Assembly (NCBI GenBank): GCA_965601925.1
Contig: OZ271854.1
Location: 288,001-352,000, forward strand
Reading direction: 5' to 3'
Source: Alkalispirochaeta sp.
GTDB lineage: Bacteria > Spirochaetota > Spirochaetia > DSM-27196 > Alkalispirochaetaceae
Length of the DNA: 64,000 nt
In this document: positions 53,440 through 63,741 of the stretch, piece by piece
Position numbering within the stretch: the stretch's first letter is position 1
Layout: every line of letters begins with the position of its first letter
Program-made: the position numbers and the translations under genes
The notes under the pieces: model-generated
What the model saw: only the letters and a program-made list of their open reading frames with translations
Database searches by the model: none
What the model was told of the DNA's origin: nothing

Positions 53440-53481
53440 TTGACATACCCATACACCCGAAATTAAAATCCAGTGTATTGG
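53440..53481 (+). promoter_or_regulatory. Sigma70-like promoter overlapped by a candidate operator
   Basis: TTGACA(53440)-N18-TAAAAT(53464); CCATACAC-N16-GTGTATTG. Confidence 0.6.
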
Positions 53482-53507
53482 TCTCACTATCAACAAATGG
53501 ACGGTCT

Positions 53508-54518
53508 ATGTCAAGGAAACGCTGCCTATTCCTGTTACCGCGCACCCGGTGGGCGCACCAGATCTTTCCCGATTCGACGATGACGGCGCTGGACGAACTC
53601 GTCGACGTGACACGTAACCCGTCGTCGGAACATCTCACCCCCGATGAGTTGGTGGAGTACGCCGCCGGTGTGGACTTCATCGTTACCGGCTGGGGCACAC
53701 CGAAGATCGACGGACGCGTGCTGGATGTCGCCCCCAACGTGGCCGGCGTATTTCACTCCGCCGGTACGGTACAACCGATCGTCGCACCCGAGGTATTCGA
53801 TCGCGGCGTCACCGTTACCAGCGCCAATCACATCATGTCTCAAGTGACCGCAGAGGCCGGAGTCGCGATGGCGATGATCGGCAACTGGGAGACCAAACAC
53901 TGGCTCGGCGTTATGGAGCGGGGCGGTTGGAAGAAGCGCGACACGATGGTTCCGGGCCTCCATGGGCGCACCCTCGGCATCGTAGGATACGGCGCGATTA
54001 CCAGGGCTATGCTTCCAATGCTGCGCCCCTTTACACCGGAGCGTATTCTCATGCACAGCCGCCACCTCGACGAGAAAGAGGCGGCGACACAGGGACTGGT
54101 TGCGTCACCGTTGGACGACCTTCTGGAACAGGCGGATATCATCTTTCTGCAGACATCGCTCTCGGAACGAACGTATCACATGATAGACGAACGGCGGTTA
54201 GGACTGATTCGCGCCGACGCGCTGTTTATAAACCTGGGACGAGGAGAGCTCGTGGATGAACAGGCGTTGGTTCGCGAACTGTCGCGACGTCGATTCCGCG
54301 CCGTTCTGGACGTCTACACCGAGGAACCGTTGGCCGCCGACAGTCCTCTTCGCACCATGCCCAACGTGATGTGCCTCCCCCATCTGGGCGCCGCGACGCG
54401 CTACTGCCGCGAGAAGATGGGGCTGTCGGTGGTGGAGAGCGTGCGCTCCGTCCTGGCGGGTACGCGCCCGGATGGGCTCATCGATCGGACCGCCGCCGGT
54501 CTCATGAGCCGGCGATGA
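53508..54518 (+). CDS. D-isomer-specific 2-hydroxyacid dehydrogenase
   Basis: VTGWG, HSAGTV, VTSAN, GIVGYGAI, FINLGRG, AVLDV..EP, PHLG. Confidence 0.92.
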   Translation: MSRKRCLFLLPRTRWAHQIFPDSTMTALDELVDVTRNPSSEHLTPDELVEYAAGVDFIVTGWGTPKIDGRVLDVAPNVAGVFHSAGTVQPIVAPEVFDRGVTVTSANHIMSQVTAEAGVAMAMIGNWETKHWLGVMERGGWKKRDTMVPGLHGRTLGIVGYGAITRAMLPMLRPFTPERILMHSRHLDEKEAATQGLVASPLDDLLEQADIIFLQTSLSERTYHMIDERRLGLIRADALFINLGRGELVDEQALVRELSRRRFRAVLDVYTEEPLAADSPLRTMPNVMCLPHLGAATRYCREKMGLSVVESVRSVLAGTRPDGLIDRTAAGLMSRR

Positions 54519-55588
54519 AGCGTCCGTTCCTCATGATGTCGCCCAACAGGGTGTGGCGCACATATCCCGGCGGGATGATTCTGGACCGGTGGGAGGGGAA
54601 AGAGGTACCGACGGACACTCACTTTCCCGAGGACTGGATCGCCTCGACGACCGCGGCAAAAAACATCGGCCGAGAGAATGTACGCGATGAGGGGCTCGCA
54701 CGGACGTCGGAGGGTGCCGACGGTCGACTCTTGGCGGACGTACTCGCCGAGGCCCCGGAGTACTACTTCGGCCCGCGCCACGCCCGGCGGCACGGCGCCG
54801 ACCCGCGCTTTCTTCTGAAGTACCTCGACTCAGCCATTCGTCTCCATATTCAAGTGCATCCCACAGTCGCGTTCGCCCGGGCCCACTTAGGTGCGAACTA
54901 CGGCAAAACCGAGGGCTATTACATCCTGGGCTCGCGCGAGACGGCCGGAGACGCGGTCATCTACATCGGGTTCCGGGACGATATCGATCCTACCAGACTC
55001 AAACAGTGGGTCGCCGATCAGGATATCGATGCGTTGCTGAGTCGGATGCACGCGCTCCCGGTTGAGGCCGGCGATTGCTTCATCGTGCCCGGCGGGCTCC
55101 CCCACGCCATCGGCGCCGGCGTCTACATGCTGGAGGTCATGGAGCCGAGCGACTTCGCCGTCCGTTTCGAGTTTGAGCGCGGGGGGTACGTGCTTCCGGA
55201 GACCGCCCGATTCATGGGCAGGGGGGTGGACTTCGGCGTCTCCATGACCGACCTCGCGGGACACTCTCGCGCTGAAATCCTCGATCTATGCCGAGTAGAG
55301 CCGCGGCGAGTCGGAGAGGCGAGCGGTATACGTGAAGACGTGTTCTTCGACGCCTCGGTGACCGACCGGTTTACCCTGCGTCGCTATGCCGGTATCGGCG
55401 CCGTCGAGATCCCCGGTGGCGAATATGCGGTCGCTGTGGCGGCCGACGGGCGATGCTCCTTGAACTCGAAGGACGACTCGATACACCTCGAAACACACGA
55501 TCGCTGCGTCATCGCCGCCGGGTGCGGACCGTTCGGGTTGACCGCGGAGGAGCCGTCGGAACTGCTCCTCTTCGGACCACCGCGATAG
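54515..55588 (+). CDS. Mannose-6-phosphate isomerase class I-like cupin protein
   Basis: NRVWRTY.GG, PEDWIAS, LLKYLDS..RLHIQVHP, GKTE, PHAIG, E.MEPSD. ATGA overlap with the upstream gene. Confidence 0.87.
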   Translation: MKRPFLMMSPNRVWRTYPGGMILDRWEGKEVPTDTHFPEDWIASTTAAKNIGRENVRDEGLARTSEGADGRLLADVLAEAPEYYFGPRHARRHGADPRFLLKYLDSAIRLHIQVHPTVAFARAHLGANYGKTEGYYILGSRETAGDAVIYIGFRDDIDPTRLKQWVADQDIDALLSRMHALPVEAGDCFIVPGGLPHAIGAGVYMLEVMEPSDFAVRFEFERGGYVLPETARFMGRGVDFGVSMTDLAGHSRAEILDLCRVEPRRVGEASGIREDVFFDASVTDRFTLRRYAGIGAVEIPGGEYAVAVAADGRCSLNSKDDSIHLETHDRCVIAAGCGPFGLTAEEPSELLLFGPPR

Positions 55589-55637
55589 GGTTATCTTCGA
55601 CACCGACCCTATAACTGCGGCGTCGGACGATCGCGAT

Positions 55638-56186
55638 TCATTCCCGCGGCGGGCGACCGGCGGGCGATCCCGAAGTGAGCGTGAAGTTGATACCGGTGGA
55701 AACGCGCGAAGCGACGTTGATCCAGTCGTCCCCGCCGATCAAAAGATCCTGCTGCACCTCCACGAACCAGCTCATGATCGGATGTACTCGCAGCCGCATC
55801 GCGCCTTTGACGTACGGCCCCATGTAAAACTCAAACTCGTCGTCGGTGTCGGGGTTGATGTTGAACACCGGCGTAAGACCGGTGCCGAAGAGAAACGTCG
55901 TACGCTCAACGGGGAAGGCGAAATTGAGCCCGATATTGACCGGGATGAGAAAGCTCGGAACCGTATCGCCGTCGGCATCCTCATCGGTAGTAATACCGAA
56001 CTCTCCTCCGATATTCAGCTCGAGATCGGGTCTGAGCTCGTGCTGATAGTTGGCGGCAATCGCCGTGAGATATGTCGTGTCGTAGCGAAAAAAGTTAGCG
56101 CCGAGACCTGCCGAAACAGAGTTCTCGGCGGCGGCGGGAGCCAAACACATCGTAACAACGACACATACGATCAAAATCCTGCGCAT
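55638..56186 (-). CDS. Small secreted protein, probable outer-membrane beta-barrel
   Basis: Signal peptide ending AAA|E; ~8 alternating hydrophobic beta-strands ending STGINF. Confidence 0.6.
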   Translation of the reverse strand: MRRILIVCVVVTMCLAPAAAENSVSAGLGANFFRYDTTYLTAIAANYQHELRPDLELNIGGEFGITTDEDADGDTVPSFLIPVNIGLNFAFPVERTTFLFGTGLTPVFNINPDTDDEFEFYMGPYVKGAMRLRVHPIMSWFVEVQQDLLIGGDDWINVASRVSTGINFTLTSGSPAGRPPRE

Positions 56187-56206
56187 GAAAGAAGTCCTCC
56201 AAGTGA

Positions 56207-57184
56207 TCATCGAAAGTCAGCGAAGACGCCGTAGACGACGCGACCGCAGCCGGGACACGCTCCTGCGTCGGTCTCATCACGGACCGGAGAGCGGTGATCG
56301 ATACACAACGTACCGCAGGATGGGCACAGCGTCTTCCCGTACTTCGATTGTCGGCTGTTACCGGCAAAAATAAACGGCGGGTCACCGTCGTTACGCAAAC
56401 GCTCGATGACCGCATCCAGCCACCCCTCGCTCGTCGCCGCCTCGTCCAGCATGCGCCACGCGGGAAAAAAGCGCGTTACGTGCCACACCCGCACACCCGC
56501 ATCGACGAGGGTGTCGCGCAACCGCAACACGCTATCGACGGTGTGGCGAGACTCGATAAGCATGGTCGTTACCTCGAGGTGGCGCGTCCCGGAGATGCGC
56601 TGGATCGTCTCGATGACCGGGTTGAGGCGGGCACGACACAAGGTGCGGTAAAAGTGATCGTCGCCCTTCAGATCGATATTGAAGGCGTCTACCAGGGGAA
56701 CCATGCGTTCGAGCGCCTCACCGGTCATGAATCCGTTCGAGACGACCACGACGCGCCCCCCCATCTCTCGAACCGCGGCGGACGCGTCCAACAGATAGTC
56801 CTGCCAGACCGTGGGCTCGCTGTACGTCCAGGCGATCGACGGCGTCTCGGACCGGCGCCACGCCTCGGCGGCTTCCTCCGGAGCCCACCGGTACCGCGCT
56901 TCGGGAATCAGCTCGGGCATGGCGATGGAGGCATTTTGGCAAAAGCTGCATCGAAAATTGCACCCTCCGAGCGCTACCGAAAATATCTCGGAGCCGGGAA
57001 GAAAGTGGTAGAGCGGTTTTTTCTCTATAGGATCGATCGCCGCAGCGAGAATTTTCCCGTATACGGTAGTGACGAGTGTGCCGTCGCGGTTTTCTCGCAC
57101 GCCGCACACACCGTGCGCTCCCGGCGCGATAGTGCACCGATGAGCACAGAAGTCACACCGTATCGCCCGGGGGCCGTTACTCAC
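56207..57184 (-). CDS. amrS: AmmeMemoRadiSam system radical SAM enzyme
   Basis: CDFCAHRC...CGVR, DPIEKKPLYHF.PGS, GCNFRCSFCQN (CxxxCxxC), TYSEP, NIDLKG, C-terminal CPxCG pairs. Start GTG 57184. Confidence 0.93.
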   Translation of the reverse strand: MSNGPRAIRCDFCAHRCTIAPGAHGVCGVRENRDGTLVTTVYGKILAAAIDPIEKKPLYHFLPGSEIFSVALGGCNFRCSFCQNASIAMPELIPEARYRWAPEEAAEAWRRSETPSIAWTYSEPTVWQDYLLDASAAVREMGGRVVVVSNGFMTGEALERMVPLVDAFNIDLKGDDHFYRTLCRARLNPVIETIQRISGTRHLEVTTMLIESRHTVDSVLRLRDTLVDAGVRVWHVTRFFPAWRMLDEAATSEGWLDAVIERLRNDGDPPFIFAGNSRQSKYGKTLCPSCGTLCIDHRSPVRDETDAGACPGCGRVVYGVFADFR

Positions 57185-57785
57185 AGTGTAGCTCAGTGTA
57201 GTGCTCGGTTCGAAAGACCGCAAAGCGGGCGGCCGGGTCCCGCCACGCGTCGAGCGCGGCACCGGCCTTGCGACAAAGCGCGACGAGCGTCATTTCGAGA
57301 CTCCACCCCTGCTCGATCGGCACCTCCGGGAGAAAGACTGCGTGGTACCGACCGAGGGTAAAAATGATTCCGTGATGCCCCAGCTCGACGGTGTCGACGG
57401 AGCTGATCGGGCACGGGGAGGAGAGAAATGAGTGTTCGATCCGGCACCGGGGGAGCTCGACACGTTCCAGGGGCGCAAACCGCGAATCGTGAAACGCCGC
57501 ATCCAAGGTCAGTCGCCCGAGTGAGAGGCTCAGCGGCTTGTCGGTGTGAATCGCACCGATACACCCTCGAAGCTCACCGTGCGTGCGCAACGTGACGAAG
57601 AGTCCGGGACTCTCGTCAAGTAGCGGTTCGTCTTTCGGAAGCGTCGGTCCACCGGGAGTGTCGAGAATGCATGAAACCGTTCGGTTTGCCGCTTCCGCCG
57701 ACTCGAGCGCCCATTCGATGAGTAACCGCGAGTAGTGTAACAACATGCAATGAATGCCGCGGTAGCGGCCGTCGCCGTCGTTCAC
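57177..57785 (-). CDS. amrA: AmmeMemoRadiSam system protein A (AMMECR1 family)
   Basis: GLFVTL...GELRGCIG, AAFHDSRF, FLPEV..EQGW, LCRKAG. Confidence 0.92.
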   Translation of the reverse strand: MNDGDGRYRGIHCMLLHYSRLLIEWALESAEAANRTVSCILDTPGGPTLPKDEPLLDESPGLFVTLRTHGELRGCIGAIHTDKPLSLSLGRLTLDAAFHDSRFAPLERVELPRCRIEHSFLSSPCPISSVDTVELGHHGIIFTLGRYHAVFLPEVPIEQGWSLEMTLVALCRKAGAALDAWRDPAARFAVFRTEHYTELHCE

Positions 57786-58810
57786 GTGCGTATGCTCCGG
57801 TTCAGTATCGCGGTCGGATAACAGACAAACTCCATGTCGTCCCCATCCGAGAAGCCGTCGTCCGCCGACGAATAGTAGTCGAGGAAGTGAAAACCGTCGA
57901 TCTCGAGCTTATGACCGGCAATCAAACGCTCGACGATCGCCGCGCCGAGACCGAGGGCGTAGCGCCCGCAGACCGTGCTTTTCTTCGACAGGAAAAGGTC
58001 CCAGTAGCGATCGAGGTCGAGCGAAAGTGCCGGCGTGATCAGCTGCATGTCGCCGTCACGAACGGTGGCGTTCAGCTCACTCCACGGTCGATCCCCGAAG
58101 GGCTGCCACGAAAATCGTCGCCCGTAGTGCGTTCCATCGGAACTCACCAGCCACAACAGGCGCCCCGGATCGACGACGCCTCGTCCCGCGTCATCGATTC
58201 GCGAAAGCACCCGTTGCGCCATGGAACGGGCCGAAGCGGCGCTGCCTATCCGTCCCACGACGAGCGCGGCGACCGGAATCTCGCCGAGTGTGCAGCGGAT
58301 TCCGGGAAGAAGAAGCTCCACGGCGTGCTCTCCCTCCACGATCCGCGGTTCCTCGGTGTCGCCGAGGCCGCTCTGCCGCCGCGAGAGCGCAACGTCGTCG
58401 TCCGCCCGCGATCGCTCGTGGTCAGGCGCCGTTAGACCGGGAAGGAGTCCTACGGGAGTCTCGTGGGCGTCGAAGGTCCCTCCTACCGCTACATCCGAAG
58501 GAAGGTACACGTAGTGGCTGGGTGCGATAATGACCACGCCGTCGAGGCGATCACGATACCCATCTTCCACGATACTCCACAACGCACGCTGCCCTCGTGC
58601 GGAATAGCTAAGTCCGGCGTGGGGTAAAACGGCGAGGGCCGGACGCACCGGTCGCTCGTCTCCGCCGGACTCCGCAAATACATCGGCGACCGCGCGCGCA
58701 TCGTCGGGATACCAGGAGCCGGCAAAGCGCATGCGATTGATCCGTCGCGGAACGGAACGTTGGTGTCGGGAGGAAGTTTTCGGACGTATCGGCGGTACTC
58801 GCTCGTCCAT
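57782..58810 (-). CDS. amrB: AmmeMemoRadiSam system protein B (MEMO1 family)
   Basis: FAGSWYP, PHAGLSYS, APSH, EHAVE, SSDGTHYG, TVCG. Start ATG 58810 with AAGGAGG. Confidence 0.92.
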   Translation of the reverse strand: MDERVPPIRPKTSSRHQRSVPRRINRMRFAGSWYPDDARAVADVFAESGGDERPVRPALAVLPHAGLSYSARGQRALWSIVEDGYRDRLDGVVIIAPSHYVYLPSDVAVGGTFDAHETPVGLLPGLTAPDHERSRADDDVALSRRQSGLGDTEEPRIVEGEHAVELLLPGIRCTLGEIPVAALVVGRIGSAASARSMAQRVLSRIDDAGRGVVDPGRLLWLVSSDGTHYGRRFSWQPFGDRPWSELNATVRDGDMQLITPALSLDLDRYWDLFLSKKSTVCGRYALGLGAAIVERLIAGHKLEIDGFHFLDYYSSADDGFSDGDDMEFVCYPTAILNRSIRT

Positions 58811-58888
58811 GCAAGGGCCTCCTTGGAGGCATACTCTCATTGTAGGCGCGATTGACGGCGTTGTGAAGCATTGGGTACCATGCCGCGC

Positions 58889-61360
58889 ATGAAGAAATAT
58901 CCATTCCGCGAGATCGAGCAGAAATGGCAGCGCTACTGGGCGGAGCACAAGACCTTCCGCGCGGTAGAAGACCCTGCCGTTCCGCCCGAAAAGCGGCGCT
59001 ACGTCCTGGACATGTTCCCGTATCCTTCGGCCTCGGGCCTGCATGTCGGTCATCCCGAGGGCTACACCGCAACGGACATCTATTGCCGCTATCTACGTAT
59101 GAATGGATATAACGTGCTCCACCCGATCGGCTTCGACAGCTTCGGGCTCCCCGCGGAGAACTACGCGATTCAAACCGGCACGCATCCCCGGACGACGACC
59201 GAGGCCAACATAGAACGCTTTCGCGAGCAAATTAAGAGCCTCGGTTTTTCCTACGACTGGGACCGCGACGTAAGCACCCACAGCTCGGAGTACTACCGTT
59301 GGACCCAATGGATCTTCATCAAGCTCTGGGAACGCGGGTTGGCGTACGTCGCCGAGATTCCGATGTGGTACTGCGAGGCGTTGGGTACGGTACTCGCCAA
59401 TGAGGAGGTCCTCGCGACGAGTGACGGTCCGCGGTCGGAGCGGGGTAACCATCCGGTCGTCCGCCGCCCGTTGCGGCAGTGGATGCTCCGGATTACCGAA
59501 TACGCCGAGCGCCTCCTTGACGGTTTGGACGATCTCGACTGGCCCGACTCGACACGCACTATGCAGCGCAATTGGATCGGCCGCTCCGAGGGCGCCAACG
59601 TGATCTTTCCCCTCGCCGACCCCGCGTCGGCCCGCGCAAACGGGGTGGCGGCCGACGAGTGCCACATCGAGGTCTACACGACGCGCCCCGACACTCTGTT
59701 CGGGGCGACCTATATGGTCATGGCCCCGGAGCACGGCCTCGTTCCGGCGTTGACGACACCGGAGGCGGCCGACGGCGTCGCAGCGTACGTTGAAGCCACG
59801 AAACTCAAGAGTGATCTGGAGCGCACGGAGCTCGCCAAGGACAAAACCGGCGTCTTTACCGGCGCTTACGCCGTGAATCCTCTCAACGACAAAAAGATTC
59901 CGATCTGGATATCGGATTACATCCTTGCGAGCTACGGCACCGGGGCGATCATGGCGGTTCCGGGCCACGACACGCGGGACTGGGAGTTTGCACGCGCCTT
60001 CGACTTGCCCATTGTGAAGGTCGTCGCCCGGCCGGACGAGGATGATCCGTTTGCACCCCTTACCGAGGCGACTCCGGAGTACGGTGTGGCGGTGAACAGC
60101 GGTCCTTTCGACGGCAAATCGACCGAGGAGGTGAAAGAGGGGATTATCGCCTGGCTGGAGGAGCACGGGCACGGCCGGCGAACGGTAAACTATAAGCTGC
60201 GGGACTGGATATTCAGTCGCCAGCGATACTGGGGCGAGCCGATTCCGCTGGTCGAGTGCGACGGTGAGTACGTACCGGTGCCGTACGATCAATTACCGGT
60301 AACCCTCCCCGATGTAGAGAGCTACAAGCCGACCGGCACCGGCGAAAGTCCGCTCGCGGCGGTTACCGAGTGGGTCGAGTGCGCATGTCCGGACGACAGC
60401 GGTCGCATGGGACGCCGCGAGACCAACACGATGCCGCAGTGGGCCGGGAGTTGCTGGTACTACTTGCGCTACCTCGATCCCGGCAACGAGCACGAACTGG
60501 CTTCAAAAGAGAAGATCGAGTACTGGATGCCGGTGGACCTCTATATCGGCGGCGCCGAGCACGCGGTGCTCCACCTACTCTATGCTCGCTTCTGGCACAA
60601 GGTGCTCTACGACATCGGAGTAGTCAACACCGACGAGCCGTTTGTGCGACTGGTGCACCAAGGTATGATCCTCGGAGAAAACGGCGTTAAGATGTCCAAG
60701 AGCTTGGGCAATGTGATCAACCCCGACGAGATCGTGGAACGCTACGGCGCCGACAGCATGCGCATGTACGAGATGTTCATGGGTCCGCTCCAGCAGGAGA
60801 AACCGTGGTCGACGCAAGGGTTGGCGGGAGTCCACCGCTTTCTCGACCGCGTGTGGCGCCTCGCCGAGCGACCCGTCGTAGACGCGGAAGTCGACGCTGA
60901 GCTCCTGCGCAACCTTCATAAGACGATCAAAAAGGTCGGCGGCGATACCGACAGACTCGCCTTCAACACGGCGATCAGCCAAATGATGATTCTCGTCAAC
61001 GAGCTCTACAAGAGAGATACCGTGCCGAGAGCGGTGTGGGACCCCTTTATCCGGATCCTGTCGCCCTACGCCCCGCACATCGCCGAGGAGCTGTGGGAGA
61101 TGATGGGTAACGCCGCGCCGGTCTCCCTCGCCGACTGGCCGGAGTATGAGGAAGACCTCACGCAGGACGAGCAGGAAGAGATCGTCCTTCAAGTGAACGG
61201 TAAGATTCGCTCGCGCCTCACCGTCGACGCCGGAGCCGCCAAGGAGCACCTACAAGATCTCGCCCTCTCCGACGACAGGATAGGCGAGCTCACGCGAGAC
61301 AAACAGATCGTGAAGGTCGTCGTCGTGCCGGGTAGACTCGTCAATGTGGTGGTGAAATAG
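58889..61360 (+). CDS. leuS: Leucine--tRNA ligase
   Basis: MFPYPS, GLHVGH (HIGH), [39 protein letters not shown]. Confidence 0.98.
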   Translation: MKKYPFREIEQKWQRYWAEHKTFRAVEDPAVPPEKRRYVLDMFPYPSASGLHVGHPEGYTATDIYCRYLRMNGYNVLHPIGFDSFGLPAENYAIQTGTHPRTTTEANIERFREQIKSLGFSYDWDRDVSTHSSEYYRWTQWIFIKLWERGLAYVAEIPMWYCEALGTVLANEEVLATSDGPRSERGNHPVVRRPLRQWMLRITEYAERLLDGLDDLDWPDSTRTMQRNWIGRSEGANVIFPLADPASARANGVAADECHIEVYTTRPDTLFGATYMVMAPEHGLVPALTTPEAADGVAAYVEATKLKSDLERTELAKDKTGVFTGAYAVNPLNDKKIPIWISDYILASYGTGAIMAVPGHDTRDWEFARAFDLPIVKVVARPDEDDPFAPLTEATPEYGVAVNSGPFDGKSTEEVKEGIIAWLEEHGHGRRTVNYKLRDWIFSRQRYWGEPIPLVECDGEYVPVPYDQLPVTLPDVESYKPTGTGESPLAAVTEWVECACPDDSGRMGRRETNTMPQWAGSCWYYLRYLDPGNEHELASKEKIEYWMPVDLYIGGAEHAVLHLLYARFWHKVLYDIGVVNTDEPFVRLVHQGMILGENGVKMSKSLGNVINPDEIVERYGADSMRMYEMFMGPLQQEKPWSTQGLAGVHRFLDRVWRLAERPVVDAEVDAELLRNLHKTIKKVGGDTDRLAFNTAISQMMILVNELYKRDTVPRAVWDPFIRILSPYAPHIAEELWEMMGNAAPVSLADWPEYEEDLTQDEQEEIVLQVNGKIRSRLTVDAGAAKEHLQDLALSDDRIGELTRDKQIVKVVVVPGRLVNVVVK

Positions 61361-62228
61361 GCGGCCTCCGCACCATATACCAGTGGGCGTGACCGTTTGA
61401 GGCGCGCCCGACGGTGACGATCTCCCAGAAGCGGACGGGAGTCGCCACGGCCTCCGACTCGGAGGGCTCGGCAATCGCGCGCCAATATCGTCTCACCTCG
61501 CCGCTACCCACCGCTATCGTCCAGTAAACGGAGCCCTCGGCGGCGACACCTTCGGCCAGCCCCTCAAGGGCGTCGTCGGAGTACCACGCCGCGGCCCTAT
61601 CGGATGGGAGGCGTATGACGACCTCCGGCCGCTCGCGGCGGGACACATCGTAACGCGTCATCGCTCCTGTCAGGAGCGCCTTGAGGAGGCGGTCGCCGTC
61701 CAGGCTCGACGGGTCGTCGACACACACACGACGTACCTCGTCTTCCAGACGCTTCATATGAACCAAGGCGGGATCCAAACCCCGCTCGGCCGCGTCGAGC
61801 AGGGTCTCTACGAGAGCGCCCAACTCGAGGGAGAGGTCGAGTCCGCGCGACGGATGTGCGGTCCACGCTCCGACGGGCTTCATATGTACGATTCCATCTT
61901 CGTTTGCGCCGTCCAGATACGGTTCCGCTCGCGCGGCGACTATCACAACATCCGCTCCGGAAAAGGCCGTTTCTAACGACAGTCGCCGTGACGATTCCGC
62001 CGCTCCGGGCCCAAGGATGAGACGACGCACCGAACGGCCGTCCCACCACCGCACGTTCCATCCGACTGCGAGCTCGCCGTAGTCCTCGCTTAGTGGAGGA
62101 ATGCGAACGTCGATATCGGCAGTACCGACGAACGGCGGCCTACACGAGGAGACTGCTCCCACGAACAATACCGCGACGACTCCCACCGCCGCATCGACGA
62201 TGGCTCGCCGCTCTTCCCGACTTCTCAT
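61341..62228 (-). CDS. Hypothetical lipoprotein
   Basis: Basic N-terminus, hydrophobic stretch, VSS|C lipobox-like; fills the gap between leuS and the divergent gene. Confidence 0.6.
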   Translation of the reverse strand: MRSREERRAIVDAAVGVVAVLFVGAVSSCRPPFVGTADIDVRIPPLSEDYGELAVGWNVRWWDGRSVRRLILGPGAAESSRRLSLETAFSGADVVIVAARAEPYLDGANEDGIVHMKPVGAWTAHPSRGLDLSLELGALVETLLDAAERGLDPALVHMKRLEDEVRRVCVDDPSSLDGDRLLKALLTGAMTRYDVSRRERPEVVIRLPSDRAAAWYSDDALEGLAEGVAAEGSVYWTIAVGSGEVRRYWRAIAEPSESEAVATPVRFWEIVTVGRASNGHAHWYMVRRPPISPPH

Positions 62229-62325
62229 GCTTCATATGACGGTGGTGAATCGTCATTGCGCCTTCTCAACCACGCAAACCGGTCATTCGCTTGCGGGAGA
62301 GAGCGCCATTTCGTATCATGACGAC

Positions 62326-63741
62326 ATGGCAGAATCGGAGCGTTTCGAGGAGCAGCTTGCGGAGCTTCTCGAAGCACAAGCCCAACAGATAGAATCCGAG
62401 GTCATCCCGGAGCTTAAGCAGCAATTCCGCCAAATGCGGTCCAGCTTCGAGGCGATCCACAATGTACTGAGGAAGAAGGCTCTCCTCAAAGAGGACCCGT
62501 ACAACTATGAGGAACGAATTTCGGAACTCGATACTCCGTCGGACGATCCCTATCTCGACAGCGAAAAAGATGTACAACTCAGCACGAGACTGTCGCAATA
62601 TCACTCGCGCATCGAATATCTGACCGACTACTACGACTGTTCGATTGAAAATCTCGATCTGGTACGCCTCAAGGCGCTGACGAAGTTCATAAAGTACCTC
62701 AACTGGAGGAATCTTTCGGAAACCGCGACCCAGCCGACGACGCGGGGACTCGCGGAACAGATCATGAAGATCAAGCGATCGAGCGACGCCCTGTCGGTCA
62801 ATATCGTGAACGACGCGCACGAACAGCTCAATCGCGCGTCGGTCAAAATCAACAAGGCATTGAAGAAGATCGCGCGCTACCAACGGGAGTCGTACAAACT
62901 CGCGGTACGCACGACGATTTTGACCGAACCGTCGATACCCGCCGCGCCGGCGCCTGCGGAGATGGACAAGACGGCGCGCAAAATAAAATCGGCTTTTCCG
63001 CGCCTCCTTCCCGGTCGTCCGTTTGCGAGGGAGCTCATTTTCGAGATCTTCAGCGAGAACGCCGCCGACGGTGGAGAAGCGGCGAGACAGAACCTGCTCC
63101 ACGACCTCGCCGTGGAACGGGCGCCGGCGGAGGAAAAGCAGGCCGGGGCCGACCTCAAACCGATACTGCTCGACGCGGCGAAGGCCGTAGCCTCGTGTAG
63201 TCGTCCCTTCGAGGAGGGGGCGCGGAAACTAAGCGATAATGCGCTGGTCGTCGAGAATCGCAAACTCACGTTCGGTGAAATGCTGCGACGTATTTGGGAA
63301 CACATGCGGGGAAGGGATCGCGAAAGCCACGTCTACACCGTCGACTACCTGGATCAATCGACGAATGCGCGCCGAAGCGAGGACATTCATTTCGAAGAGT
63401 TCATCAATCTCGTCTCCCGAAGGGCGCGGATCTATAACGGCATCTTACGCAAGACGGGTAACGCGTGGAACAAGCTTTACGGCTCGTCGGAGGATGTCAT
63501 TCTCAACTTCGTCACCAAGGATATCCAGGACGCGTACGAGATCGTACGGCGCTTTGAGTCGCTGGATACCTTTTTTCGCGCCGAGGTGACTCGCGAGCAG
63601 CGCGCCCAACTTCGCGGGATCAACGTGGAGCTGACGACGATCAAGGACAACCTCGTGCGAGCCCGTAAAAAGGCGCATCAGTACGTCGCCAAGTCCGAGG
63701 AGATCGCACAACTCAAGAAACTGGGCATCACCGGGACGTAG
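62326..63741 (+). CDS. Hypothetical alpha-helical cytoplasmic protein
   Basis: Long ORF with protein-like charged/helical composition; start refined to ATG 62326. Confidence 0.8.
   Translation: MAESERFEEQLAELLEAQAQQIESEVIPELKQQFRQMRSSFEAIHNVLRKKALLKEDPYNYEERISELDTPSDDPYLDSEKDVQLSTRLSQYHSRIEYLTDYYDCSIENLDLVRLKALTKFIKYLNWRNLSETATQPTTRGLAEQIMKIKRSSDALSVNIVNDAHEQLNRASVKINKALKKIARYQRESYKLAVRTTILTEPSIPAAPAPAEMDKTARKIKSAFPRLLPGRPFARELIFEIFSENAADGGEAARQNLLHDLAVERAPAEEKQAGADLKPILLDAAKAVASCSRPFEEGARKLSDNALVVENRKLTFGEMLRRIWEHMRGRDRESHVYTVDYLDQSTNARRSEDIHFEEFINLVSRRARIYNGILRKTGNAWNKLYGSSEDVILNFVTKDIQDAYEIVRRFESLDTFFRAEVTREQRAQLRGINVELTTIKDNLVRARKKAHQYVAKSEEIAQLKKLGITGT

Noticed and set aside
58811..58888. 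T-box leader for leuS
   Set aside because: The gap is only ~78 bp, with no T-box consensus or terminator.
62326..63741. Identification as the cytoplasmic filament protein CfpA or another named protein
   Set aside because: No motif I can recognise; left as hypothetical.
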